The position numbers and the translations under genes were made by a program. The notes under the pieces were generated by a model that was given only the letters and a program-made list of their open reading frames with translations, did no database searches and had not been told where the DNA came from. From Eledone cirrhosa (taxonomy: Eukaryota), in the NCBI GenBank assembly GCA_964016885.1, contig OZ024740.1:20088001-20152000 (forward strand): a stretch of DNA of 64,000 nt, given 5' to 3'. Positions 25,401 through 39,270 of the stretch are shown here, piece after piece. Every line of letters begins with the position of its first letter. Positions within the stretch are counted from its first letter, which is position 1.

Positions 25401-28400
25401 CCAGTTCCAATGTCTGATACCTAGTTCCAATGTTTGATACCCAGTTCCAATATCTGATACCCAGTTCCAATATCTGATACCCAGTTCCAATGTCTGATAG
25501 CCAGTTCCAATGTCTGATACCTAGTTCCAATGTTTGATACCCAGTTCCAATGTTTGATACCCAGCTCCAATATCTGATACCTAGTTCCAATGTTTGCTAC
25601 CCAGTTCCAATGTTTGACACCCAGTTCCAATATCTGATACGCAGTTCCAATATCTGATACCCAGTTCCAATGTTTGATACCCAGGTCTAATGTCTGATAC
25701 CCAGTTCCAATGTCTGATACCCAGTTCCAATGTCTGATACCCATTCCATGTCTGATACCCAGTTCCAATGTCTGATACCCAGTTCCAAAGTTTGATACCC
25801 AGTTCCAATGTTTCATACCCAGTTCCAATGTCTGATACCTAGTTCCAATGTCTGATACCCAGTTGCAATGTCTGATACCCAGTTCCAATGTCTGATACCC
25901 AGTTCCAATGTCTGATACCCAGTTCCACTGTCTGATACCCAGTTCCAATGTCTCTTACCCAGTTCCAATGTCTGATACCCATTCCAATGTCTGATACCCA
26001 GTTCCAATGTCTGATACCCAGTTCCAATGTCTGAGACCCAGTTCCAATGTCTGATACCCAGTTCCAATGTTTGATACCCAGTTCCAATGTCTTATACCCA
26101 GTTCCAATGTCTGATACCTAGTTCCAATGTTTGATACCCAGTTCCAATGTTTGATACCCAGTTCCAATATCTGATACCCAGTACCACTGTCTGATACCCG
26201 TTCGAATGTCTGATACCAGATTCCAATGTCTGATACCCAGTTCCAATGTCTGATACCCAGTTCCAATGTCTGATACACAGTTCCAATGTTTGATACCCAG
26301 TTCCAATGTCTGATACCTAGTTCCAATGTTTGATACCCAGTTCCAATATCTGATACCCAGTTCCAATATCTGATACCCAGTTCCAATGTCTGATGCCCAG
26401 TTCCAATGTCTGATACCCAGTTCCAATGTCTGATACCCAGTTCCAATATCTGATACCTGGTTCCAATGTCTGATACCCAGTTCCAATGTCTGATACGCAG
26501 TTCCAATGTTTCATACCCAGTTCCAATGTCTGATACCCAGTTCCAATATCTGATACCCAGTTCCAATGTCTGATACCCAGTTCCAATGTATGATACCCAG
26601 TTCCAATGTCTGATACCCAGTTCCAATGTCTGATACCTAGTTCCAATGTTTGATACCCAGTTCCAATGTTTGATACCCAGTTCCAATATCTGATACCCAG
26701 TTCCAATGTCTGATACCCAGTTCCAATGTCTGATACCTAGTTCCAATGTTTGATAACCAGTTCCAATGTTTGATACCCAGTTCCAGTATCTGATACCCAG
26801 TTCCAATGTCTCATACCTAGTTCCAATCTCTGATACCCAGTTCCAATGTTTGATACGCAGTTCCAATGTCTGATACCCAGTTCCACTGTCTGATACCCAT
26901 TCGAATGTCTGATACCCAGATCCCATGTCTGATACCCATTCGAATGTCTGATACCCATTTCCAATGTCTGATACGCAGTTCCAATGTTTGATACCCAGTT
27001 CCAATGTCTGATACCCATTCCAATGTTTGATACCCAGTTCCAATGTCTGATACCCAGTTCCAATGTCTGATACGCAGTTCCAATGTCTGATACCCAGTTC
27101 CAATGTCTGATACGCAGTTCCAATGTCTGATACCCAGTTGCAATGTCTGATACCCAGTTCCAATGTCTGATACCCAGTTCCAATGCCTGATACCCAGTTC
27201 CAATGTTTGATATCCAGTTCCAATGTTTGATACCCAGTTCCAATGTCTGATACGGAGTTCCAATGTCTGATACCCAGTTCCAATGTCTGATACCCAGTTC
27301 CAATATCTGATACCCAGTTCCAATGCCTGATACCCAGTTCCAATGTTTGATACCCAGTTCCAATGTTTGATACCCAGTTCCAATGTCTGATACCCAGTTC
27401 CAATGTCTGATACCCATTCCAATATCTGATACCCAGTTCCAATGTCTGATACCCAGTTCCAATGCCTGATACCCAGTTCCAATGTTTGATACCCAGTTCC
27501 AATGTTTGATACCCAGTTCCAATGTCTGATACCCAGTTCCAATGTCTGATACCCATTCCAATAGCTGATACCCAGTTCCAATGTTTGATACCCAGTTCCA
27601 ATGTTTGATACCCAGTTCCAATGTCTGATACCCAGTTCCAATGTCTGATACCTAGTTCCAATGTCTGATACCCAGTTGCAATGTCTGATACCCAGTTCCA
27701 ATGTCTGATACCCAGTTCCAATGCCTGATACCCAGTTCCAATGTTTGATATCCAGTTCCAATGTTTGATACCCAGTTCCAATGTCTGATACGCAGTTCCA
27801 GTGTCTGATACCCAGTTCCAATGTCTGATAGACAGTTCCAATGTCTGATACCCAGTTCCAATGCCTGATACCCAGTTCCAATGTTTGATACCCAGTTCCA
27901 ATGTTTGATACCCAGTTCCAATGTTTGATACCCAGTTCCAATGTCTGATACCCAGTTCCAATGTCTGATACCCATTCCAATATCTGATACCCAGTTCCAA
28001 TGTCTGATACCCAGTTCCAATGTATGATACCCAGTTCCAATGTCTGATACCCAGTTCCAATGCCTGATACCCAGTTCCAATGTTTGATACCCAGTTCCAA
28101 TGTTTGATACCCAGTTCCAATGTCTGATACCCAGTTCCAATGTCTGATACCCATTCCAATATCTGATACCCAGTTCCAATGTTTGATACCCAGTTCCAAT
28201 GTTTGATACCCAGTTCCAATGTCTGATACCCAGTTCCAATGTCTGATACCTAGTTCCAATGTCTGATACCCAGTTGCAATGTCTGATACCCAGTTCCAAT
28301 GTCTGATACCCAGTTCCTATATTTGATACCCAGTTCCAATGTCTGATACCTAGTTCCAATGTCTGATACGCAGTTCCAATGTCTGATACCCAGTTCCACT

Positions 28401-31400
28401 GTCTGATACCCAGTTCCAATGCCTGATACCCAGTTCCAATGTTTGATACCCAGTTCCAATGTTTGATACCCAGTTCCAATGTCTGATACCCAGGTCCAAT
28501 GTCTGATACCTAGTTCCAATGTCTGATACCCAGTTCCAATGTCTGATACCCAGTTCCAATGTTTGATACCCAGTTCCAATGTCTGATAACTAGTTCCAAT
28601 GTCTGATACCCAGTTCCAATGTTTGATGCCCAGTTCCAATGTCTGATACCTGGTTCCAATGTCTGATACCCAGTTCCAATATCTGATACCTGGTTCCAAT
28701 GTCTTATACCCAGTTTCCAATGTCTGATAAGCAGTTCCAATGTTTGATACCCAGTTCCAATGTCTGATACCCAGTTCCAATGTCTGATACCCAGTTTCAA
28801 TATCTGATACCCAGTTCCAATGTCTGATACCCAGTTCCAATGTATGATACCCAGTTCCAATGTCTGATACCCAGTTCCAATGTTTGATATCCAGTTCCAA
28901 TGTCTGATACCCAGTTCTAATGTTTGATACACAATTCCAATGTCTGATACCCAGTTCCAATATTTGATACACAGGTCCAATGTTTGATACCCAGCTCCAA
29001 TATCTGATACCTAGTTCCAATGTTTGCTACCCAGTTCCAATGTTTGATACCCAGTTCCAATGTCTGATACGCAGTTCCAATATCTGATACCCAGTTCCAA
29101 TGTTTGATACCCAGTTCCAATGTCTGATACCCAGTTCCAATGTCTGATACCCAGTTCCAATGTCTGATACCCATTCCAATGTCTGATACCCAGTTCCAAT
29201 GTCTGATACCCAGTTCCAAAGTTTGATACCCAGTTCCAATGTTTCATACCCAGTTCCAATGTCTGATACCTAGTTCCAATGTCTGATACCCAGTTGCAAT
29301 GTCTGATACCCAGTTCCAATGTCTGATACCCAGTTCCAATGTCTGATACCCAGTTCCACTGTCTGATACCCAGTTCCAATGTCTCTTACCCAGTTCCAAT
29401 GTCTGATACCCATTCCAATGTCTGATACCCAGTTCCAATGTCTGATACCCAGTTCCAATGTCTGAGACCCAGTTCCAATGTCTGATACCCAGTTCCAATG
29501 TTTGATACCCAGTTCCAATGTCTTATACCCAGTTCCAATGTCTGATACCTAGTTCCAATGTTTGATACCCAGTTCCAATGTTTGATACCCAGTTCCAATA
29601 TCTGATACCCAGTACCACTGTCTGCTACCCATTCGAATGTCTGATACCAGATTCCAATGTCTGATACCCAGTTCCAATGTCTGATACCCAGTTCCAATGT
29701 CTGATACACAGTTCCAATGTTTGATACCCAGTTCCAATGTCTGATACCTAGTTCCAATGTTTGATACACAGTTCCAATATCTGATACCCAGTTCCAATAT
29801 CTGATACCCAGTTCCAATGTCTGATGCCCAGTTCCAATGTCTGATACCCAGTTCCAATGTCTGATACCCAGTTCCAATATCTGATACCTGGTTCCAATGT
29901 CTGATACCCAGTTCCAATGTCTGATACGCAGTTCCAATATTTCATACCCAGTTCCAATGTCTGATACCCAGTTCCAATGTCTGATACCCAGTTCCAATAT
30001 CTGATACCCAGTTCCAATGTCTGATACCCAGTTCCAATGTTTGATACCCAGTTCCAATGTCTGATACCCAGTTCCAATGTCTGATACCTAGTTCCAATGT
30101 TTGATACCCAGTTCCAATGTTTGATACCCAGTTCCAATATCTGATACCCAGTTCCAATGTCTGATACCCAGTTCCAATGTCTGATACCTAGTTCCAATGT
30201 TTGATAACCAGTTCCAATGTTTGATACCCAGTTCCAGTATCTGATACCCAGTTCCAATGTCTCATACCTAGTTCCAATCTCTGATACCCAGTTCCAATGT
30301 TTGATACGCAGTTCCAATGTCTGATACCCAGTTCCACTGTCTGATACCCATTCGAATGTCTGATACCCAGATCCCATGTCTGATACCCATTCGAATGTCT
30401 GATACCCAGTTCCAGTGTCTGATACCCAGTTCCAATATTTGATACCCAGTTCCAATGTTTGATACCCAGTTCCAATGTCTGATACCCATTTCCAATGTCT
30501 GATACGCAGTTCCAATGTTTGATACCCAGTTCCAATGTCTGATACACATTCCAATGTTTGATACCCAGTTCCAATGTCTGATACCCAGTTCCAATGTCTG
30601 ATACGCAGTTCCAAAGTCTGATACCCAGTTCCAATGTCTGATACGCAGTTCCAATGTCTGATACCCAGTTGCAATGTCTGATACCCAGTTCCAATGTCTG
30701 ATACCCAGGTCCAATGCCTGATACCCAGTTCCAATGTTTGATATCCAGTTCCAATGTTTGATACCCAGTTCCAATGTCTGATACGCAGTTCCAATGTCTG
30801 ATACCCAGTTCCAATGTCTGATACCCAGTTCCAATATCTGATACCCAGTTCCAATGCCTGATACCCAGTTCCAATGTTTGATACCCAGTTCCAATGTTTG
30901 ATACCCAGTTCCAATGTCTGATACCCAGTTCCAATGTCTGATACCCATTCCAATATCTGATACCCAGTTCCAATGTCTGATACCCAGTTCCAATGTCTGA
31001 TACCCAGTTCCAATGTCTGATACCCAGTTCCAATGCCTGATACCCAGTTCCAATGTTTGATACCCAGTTCCAATGTTTGATACCCAGTTCCAATGTCTGA
31101 TACCCAGTTCCAATGTCTGATACCCATTCCAATATCTGATACCCAGTTCCAATGTTTGATAACCAGTTCCAATGTTTGATACCCAGTTCCAATGTCTGAT
31201 ACCCAGTTCCAATGTCTGATACCCAGTTCCTATATTTGATACTCAGTTCCAATGTCTGATACCTAGTTCCAATGTCTGATACGCAGTTCCAATGTCTGAT
31301 ACCCAGTTCCACTGTCTGATACCCAGTTCCAATGCCTGATACCCAGTTCCAATGTTTGATACCCAGTTCCAATGTTTGATACCAAGTTCCAATGTCTGAT

Positions 31401-34400
31401 ACCCAGGTCCAATGTCTGATACCTAGTTCCAATGTCTGATACCCAGTTCCAATGTCTGATACCCAGTTCCAATGTTTGATACCCAGTTCCAATGTCTGAT
31501 AACTAGTTCCAATGTCTGATACCCAGTTCCAATGTTTGATACCCAGTTCTAATGTCTGATACGCAGTTCCAATGTTTGATACCCAGTTCCAATGTCTGAT
31601 ACCCAGTTCAAATATCTGATACCCAGTTCCAATGTCTGATGCCCAGTTCCAATGTCTGATACCTGGTTCCAATGTCTGATACCCAGTTACAATGTCTGAT
31701 AAGCAGTTCCAATGTTTGATGCCCAGTTCCAATGTCTGATACCCAGTTCCAATGTCTGATACCCAGTTTCAATATCTGATACCCAGTTCCAATGTCTGAT
31801 ACCCAGTTCCAATGTATGATACCCAGTTCCAATGTCTGAGACCCAGTTCCAATGTCTGATACCCAGTTCCAATGTTTGATACCCAGTTCCAATGTCTTAT
31901 ACCCAGTTCCAATGTCTGATACCTAGTTCCAATGTTTGATACCCAGTTCCAATGTTTGATATCCAGTTCCAATATCTGATACCCAGTACCACTGTCTGAT
32001 ACCCATTCGAATGTCTGATACCAGATTCCAATGTCTGATACCCAGTTCCAATGTCTGATACCCAGTTCCAATGTCTGATACACAGTTCCAATGTTTGATA
32101 CCCAGTTCCAATGTCTGATACCTAGTTCCAATGTTTGATACCCAGTTCCAATATCTGATACCCAGTTCCAATATCTGATACCCAGTTCCAATGTCTGATG
32201 CCCAGTTCCAATGTCTGATACCCAGTTCCAATGTCTGATACCCAGTTCCAATATCTGATACCTGGTTCCAATGTCTGATACCCAGTTCCAATGTCTGATA
32301 ACCAGTTCCAAAGTTTGATACCGAGTTCCAATGTTTGATACCCAGTTCCAATGTCTCATACCTAGTTCCAATGTCTGATACCCAGTTGCAATGTCTGATA
32401 CCCAGTTCCAATGTCTGATACCCAGTTCCTATGTCTGATACCCAGTTCCACTGTCTGATACCCAGTTCCAATGTCTGATACCCAGTTCCAATGTCTGATA
32501 CCCATTCCAATGTCTGATACCCAGTTCCAATATCTGATACCCAGTTCCAATGTCTGAGACCCAGTTCCAATGTTTGATACCCAGTTCCAATGTTTGATAC
32601 CCAGTTCCAATATCTGATTCCCAGTACCACTGTCTGATACCCATTCGAATGTCTGATACCCAGTTCCAATGTCTGATACCCAGTTCCAATGTCTGATACC
32701 CAGTTCCAATGTCTGATACACAGTTCCAATGTTTGATACCCAGTTCCAATGTCTGATACCTAGTTGCAATGTTTGATACCCAGTTCCAATATCTGATACC
32801 CAGTTCCAATATCTGATACCCAGTTCCAATGTCTGATACCCAGTTCCAATATCTGCTACCCAGTTCCAATGTCTGATACCCAGTTCCAATGTATGATACC
32901 CAGTTCCAATGTCTGATACCCAGTTCCAATGTCTGATACCTAGTTCCAATGTTTGATACCCAGTTCCAATGTTTGATACCCAGTTCCAATATCTGATACC
33001 CAGTTCCAATGTCTGATACCCAGTTCCAATGTCTGATACCTAGTTCCAATGTTTGATAACCAGTTCCAATGTTTGATACCCAGTTCCAGTATCTGATACC
33101 CAGTTTCAATGTCTCATACCTAGTTACAATCTCTGATACCCAGTTCCAATGTTTGATACCCAGTTCCAATGTCTGATACCCAGTTCCACTGTCTGATACC
33201 CATTCGAATGTCTGATACCCAGTTCCCATGTCTGATACCCATTCGAATGTCTGATACCCAGGTCCAATGTCTGATACCTAGTTCCAATGTCTGATACCCA
33301 GTTCCAATGTCTGATACCCAGTTCCAATGTTTGATACCCAGTTCCAATGTCTGATAACTAGTTCCAATGTCTGATACCCAGTTCCAATGTTTGCTGCCCA
33401 GTTCCAATGTCTGATACCTGGTTCCAATGTCTGATACCCAGTTCCAATATCTGATACCTGGTTCCAATGTCTTATACCCAGTTTCCAATGTCTGATAAGC
33501 AGTTCCAATGTTTGATACCCAGTTCCAATGTCTGATACCCAGTTCCAATGTCTGATACCCAGTTTCAATATCTGATACCCAGTTCCAATGTCTGATACCC
33601 AGTTCCAATGTATGATACCCAGTTCCAATGTCTGATACCCAGTTCCAATGTTTGATATCCAGTTCCAATGTCTGATACCCAGTTCTAATGTTTGATACAC
33701 AATTCCAATGTCTGATACCCAGTTCCAATGTTTGATACACAGTTCCAATGTTTGATACCCAGTTCCAATGTCTGATACCTAGTTCCAATGTTTGATACCC
33801 AGTTCCAATGTTTGATACCCAGCTCCAATATCTGATACCTAGTTCCAATGTTTGCTACCCAGTTCCAATGTTTGATACCCAGTTCCAATATCTGATACGC
33901 AGTTCCAATATCTGATACCAAGTTCCAATGTTTGATACCCAGGTCCAATGTCTGATACCCAGTTCCAATGTCTGATACCCAGTCCAATGTCTGATACCCA
34001 TTCCAATGTCTGATACCCAGTTCCAATGTCTGATACCCAGTTCCAAAGTTTGATACCCAGTTCCAATGTTTCATACCCAGTTCCAATGTCTGATACCTAG
34101 TTCCAATGTCTGATACCCAGTTGCAATGTCTGATACCCAGTTCCAATGTCTGATACCCAGTTCCAATGTCTGATACCCAGTTCCACTGTCTGATACCCAG
34201 TTCCAATGTCTCTTACCCAGTTCCAATGTCTGATACCCATTCCAATGTCTGATACCCAGTTCCAATGTCTGATACCCAGTTCCAATGTCTGAGACCCAGT
34301 TCCAATGTCTGATACCCAGTTCCAATGTTTGATACCCAGTTCCAATGTCTTAAACCCAGTTCCAATGTCTGATACCTAGTTCCAATGTTTGATACCCAGT

Positions 34401-37400
34401 TCCAATGTTTGATACCCAGTTCCAATATCTGATACCCAGTACCACTGTCTGATACCCATTCGAATGTCTGATACCAGATTCCAATGTCTGATACCCAGTT
34501 CCAATGTCTGATACCCAGTTCCAATGTCTGATACACAGTTCCAATGTTTGATACCCAGTTCCAATGTCTGATACCTAGTTCCAATGTTTGATACCCAGTT
34601 CCAATATCTGATACCCAGTTCCAATATCTGATACCCAGTTCCAATGTCTGATGCCCAGTTCCAATGTCTGATACCCAGTTCCAATGTCTGATACCCAGTT
34701 CCAATATCTGATACCTGGTTCCAATGTCTGATACCCAGTTCCAATGTCTGATAACCAGTTCCAATGTTTGATACCCAGTACCAGTATCTGATACCCAGTT
34801 CCAATGTCTCATACCTAGTTCCAATCTCTGATACCCAGTTCCAATGTTTGATACGCAGTTCCAATGTCTGATACCCAGTTCCACTGTCTGATACCCATTC
34901 GAATGTCTGATACCCAGATCCCATGTCTGATACCCATTCGAATGTCTGATACCCAGTTCCAGTGTCTGATACCCAGTTCCAATGTTTGACACCCAGTTCC
35001 AATGTCTGATGCCCATTCCAATGTTTGATACCCAGTTCCAATGTCTGATACCCAGTTCCAATGTTTGATACCCAGTTCCAATGTTTGATACCCAGTTCCA
35101 ATGTCTGATACCCATTTCCAATGTCTGATACGCAGTTCCAATGTTTGATACCCAGTTCCAATGTCTGATACACATTCCAATGTTTGATACCCAGTTCCAA
35201 TGTCTGATACCCAGTTCCAATGTCTGATACGCAGTTCCAATGTCTGATACCCAGTTCCAATGTCTGATACGCAGTTCCAATGTCTGATACCCAGTTGCAA
35301 TGTCTGATACCCAGTTCCAATGTCTGATACCCAGGTCCAATGCCTAATACCCAGTTCCAATGTTTGATATCCAGTTCCAATGTTTGATACCCAGTTCCAA
35401 TGTCTGATACGCAGTTCCAATGTTTGATACCCAGTTCCAATGTCTGATACCCAGTTCCAATATCTGATACCCAGTTCCAATGCCTGATACCCAGTTCCAA
35501 TGTTTGATACCCAGTTCCAATGTTTGATACCCAGTTCCAATGTCTGATACCCAGTTCCAATGTCTGATACCCATTCCAATATCTGATACCCAGTTCCAAT
35601 GTCTGATACCCAGTTCCAATGTCTGATACCCAGTTCCAATGTCTGATACCCAGTTCCAATGCCTGATACCCAGTTCCAATGTTTGATACCCAGTTCCAAT
35701 GTTTGATACCCAGTTCCAATGTCTGATACCCAGTTCCAATGTCTGATACCCAGTTCCAATGTCTGATACCCATTCCAATATCTGATACCCAGTTCCAATG
35801 TTTGATACCCAGTTCCAATGTTTGATACCCAGTTCCAATGTCTGATACCCAGTTCCAATGTCTGATACCCAGTTCCTATATTTGATACTCAGTTCCAATG
35901 TCTGATACCTAGTTCCAATGTCTGATACGCAGTTCCAATGTCTGATACCCAGTTCCACTGTCTGATACCCAGTTCCAATGCATGATACCCAGTTCCAATG
36001 TTTGATACCCAGTTCCAATGTTTGATACCAAGTTCCAATGTCTGATACCCAGGTCCAATGTCTGATACCTAGTTCCAATGTCTGATACCCAGTTCCAATG
36101 TCTGATACCCAGTTCCAATGTTTGATACCCAGTTCCAATGTCTGATAACTAGTTCCAATGTCTGATACCCAGTTCCAATGTTTGATACCCAGTTCTAATG
36201 TCTGATACGCAGTTCCAATGTTTGATACCCAGTTCCAATGTCTGATACCCAGTTCAAATATCTGATACCCAGTTCCAATGTCTGATGCCCAGTTCCAATG
36301 TCTGATACCTGGTTCCAATGTCTGATACCCAGTTACAATGTCTGATAAGCAGTTCCAATGTTTGATACCCAGTTCCAATGTCTGATACCCAGTTCCAATG
36401 TCTGATACCCAGTTTCAATATCTGATTCCCAGTTCCAATGTCTGATACCCAGTTCCAATGTATGATACCCAGTTCCAATGTCTGATACCCAGTTCTAATG
36501 TTTGATACACAATTCCAATGTCTGATACCCAGTTCCAATGTTTGATACACAGTTCCAATGTTTGATACCCAGTTCCAATGTCTGATACCTAGTTCCAATG
36601 TTTGATACCCAGTTCCAATATCTGATACCCAGTTCCAATATCTGATACCCAGTTCCAATGTCTGATACCCAGTTCCAATGTCTGATACCTAGTTCCAATG
36701 TTTGATACCAGTTCCAATGTTTGATACCCAGTTCCAATATCTGATACCTAGTTCCAATGTTTGCTACCCAGTTCCAATGTTTGATACCCAGTTCCAATAT
36801 CTGATACGCAGTTCCAATATCTGATACCCAGTTCCAATGTTTGATACCCAGGTCCAATCTCTGATACCCAGTTCCAATGTCTGATACCCAGTTCCAATGT
36901 CTGATACCCATTCCAATGTCTGATACCCAGTTCCAATGTCTGATACCCAGTTCCAAAGTTTGATACCGAGTTCCAATGTTTGATACCCAGTTCCAATGTC
37001 TCATACCTAGTTCCAATGTCTGATACCCAGTTGCAATGTCTGATACCCAGTTCCAATGTCTGATACCCAGTTCCTATGTCTGATACCCAGTTCCACTGTC
37101 TGATACCCAGTTCCAATGTCTGATACCCAGTTCCAATGTCTGATACCCATTCCAATGTCTGATACCCAGTTCCATATCTTATACCCAGTTCCAATGTCTG
37201 AGACCCAGTTCCAATGTTTGATACCCAGTTCCAATGTTTGATACCCAGTTCCAATATCTGATACCCAGTACCACTGTCTGATACCCATTCGAATGTCTGA
37301 TACCCAGTTCCAATGTCTGATACCCAGTTCCAATGTCTGATACCCAGTTCCAATGTCTGATACACAGTTCCAATGTTTGATACCCAGTTCCAATGTCTGA

Positions 37401-39270
37401 TACCTAGTTGCAATGTTTGATACCCAGTTCCAATATCTGATACCCAGTTCCAATATCTGATACCCAGTTCCAATGTCTGATACCCAGTTCCAATATCTGC
37501 TACCCAGTTCCAATGTCTGATACCCAGTTCCAATGTATGATACCCAGTTCCAATGTCTGATACCCAGTTCCAATGTCTGATACCTAGTTCCAATGTTTGA
37601 TACCCAGTTCCAATGTTTGATACCCAGTTCCAATATCTGATACCCAGTTCCAATGTCTGATACCCAGTTCCAATGTCTGATACCTAGTTCCAATGTTTGA
37701 TAACCAGTTCCAATGTTTGATACCCAGTTCCAGTATCTGATACCCAGTTTCAATGTCTCATACCTAGTTACAATCTCTGATACCCAGTTCCAATGTTTGA
37801 TACCCAGTTCCAATGTCTGATACCCAGTTCCACTGTCTGATACCCATTCGAATGTCTGATACCCAGTTCCCATGTCTGATACCCATTCGAATGTCTGATA
37901 CCTAGTTCCAGTGTCTGATACCCAGTTCCAATGTTTGACACCCAGTTCCAATGTCTGATGCCCATTCCAATGTTTGATACCCAGTTCCAATATCTGATAC
38001 CCAGTTCCAATATCTGATACCCAGTTCCAATGTCTGATGCCCAGTTCCAATGTCTGATACCCAGTTCCAATGTCTGATACCCAGTTCCAATATCTGATAC
38101 CTGGTTCCAATGTCTGATACCCAGTTCCAGTGTCTGATACACAGTTCCAATGTTTGATACCCAGTTCCAATGTCTGATACCTAGTTCCAATGTTTGATAC
38201 CCAGTTCCAATATCTGATACCCAGTTCCAATATCTGATACCCAGTTCCAATGTCTGATGCCCAGTTCCAATGTCTGATACCCAGTTCCAATGTCTGATAC
38301 CCAGTTCCAATATCTGATACCTGGTTCCAATGTCTGATACCCAGTTCCAATGTCTGATACGCAGTTCCAATGTTTCATACCCAGTTCCAATGTCTGATAC
38401 CCAGTTCCAATGTCTGATACCCAGTTCCAATATCTGATACCCAGTTCCAATGTCTGATACCCAGTTCCAATGTATGATACCCAGTTCCAATGTCTGATAC
38501 CCAGTTCCAATGTCTGATACCTAGTTCCAATGTTTGATACCCAGTTCCAATGTTTGATACCCAGTTCCAATATCTGATACCCAGTTCCAATGTCTGATAC
38601 CCAGTTCCAATGTCTGATACCTAGTTCCAATGTTTGATAACCAGTTCCAATGTTTGATACCCAGTTCCAGTATCTGATACCCAGTTCCAATGTCTCATAC
38701 ATAGTTCCAATCTCTGATACCCAGTTCCAATGTTTGATACGCAGTTCCAATGTCTGATACCCAGTTCCACTGTCTGATACCCATTCGAATGTCTGATACC
38801 CAGATCCCATGTCTGATACCCATTCGAATGTCTGATACCCATTTCCAATGTCTGATACGCAGTTCCAATGTTTGATACCCAGTTCCAATGTCTGATACCC
38901 ATTCCAATGTTTGATACCCAGTTCCAATGTCTGATACCCAGTTCCAATGTCTGATACGCAGTTCCAATGTCTGATACCCAGTTCCAATGTCTGATACGCA
39001 GTTCCAATGTCTGATACCCAGTTGCAATGTCTGATACCCAGTTCCAATGTCTGATACCCAGTTCCAATGCCTGATACCCAGTTGCAATGTTTGATATCCA
39101 GTTCCAATGTTTGATACCCAGTTCCAATGACTGATACGCAGTTCCAATGTCTGATACCCAGTTCCAATGTCTGATACCCAGTTCCAATATCTGATACCCA
39201 GTTCCAATGCCTGATACCCAGTTCCAATGTTTGATACCCAGTTCCAATGTTTGATACCCAGTTCCAATGT
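7473..39270. repeat. Satellite domain A (rich in 19-mers, ~2.8-3.5 kb higher-order repeat)
   Basis: Ordered recurrence of rare variants (TTGCTAC, CCAAAG, GTACCACT, CATTCGAATG, GAGACC, TAAGCAG) with frequent G-deletion monomers. Confidence 0.85.
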
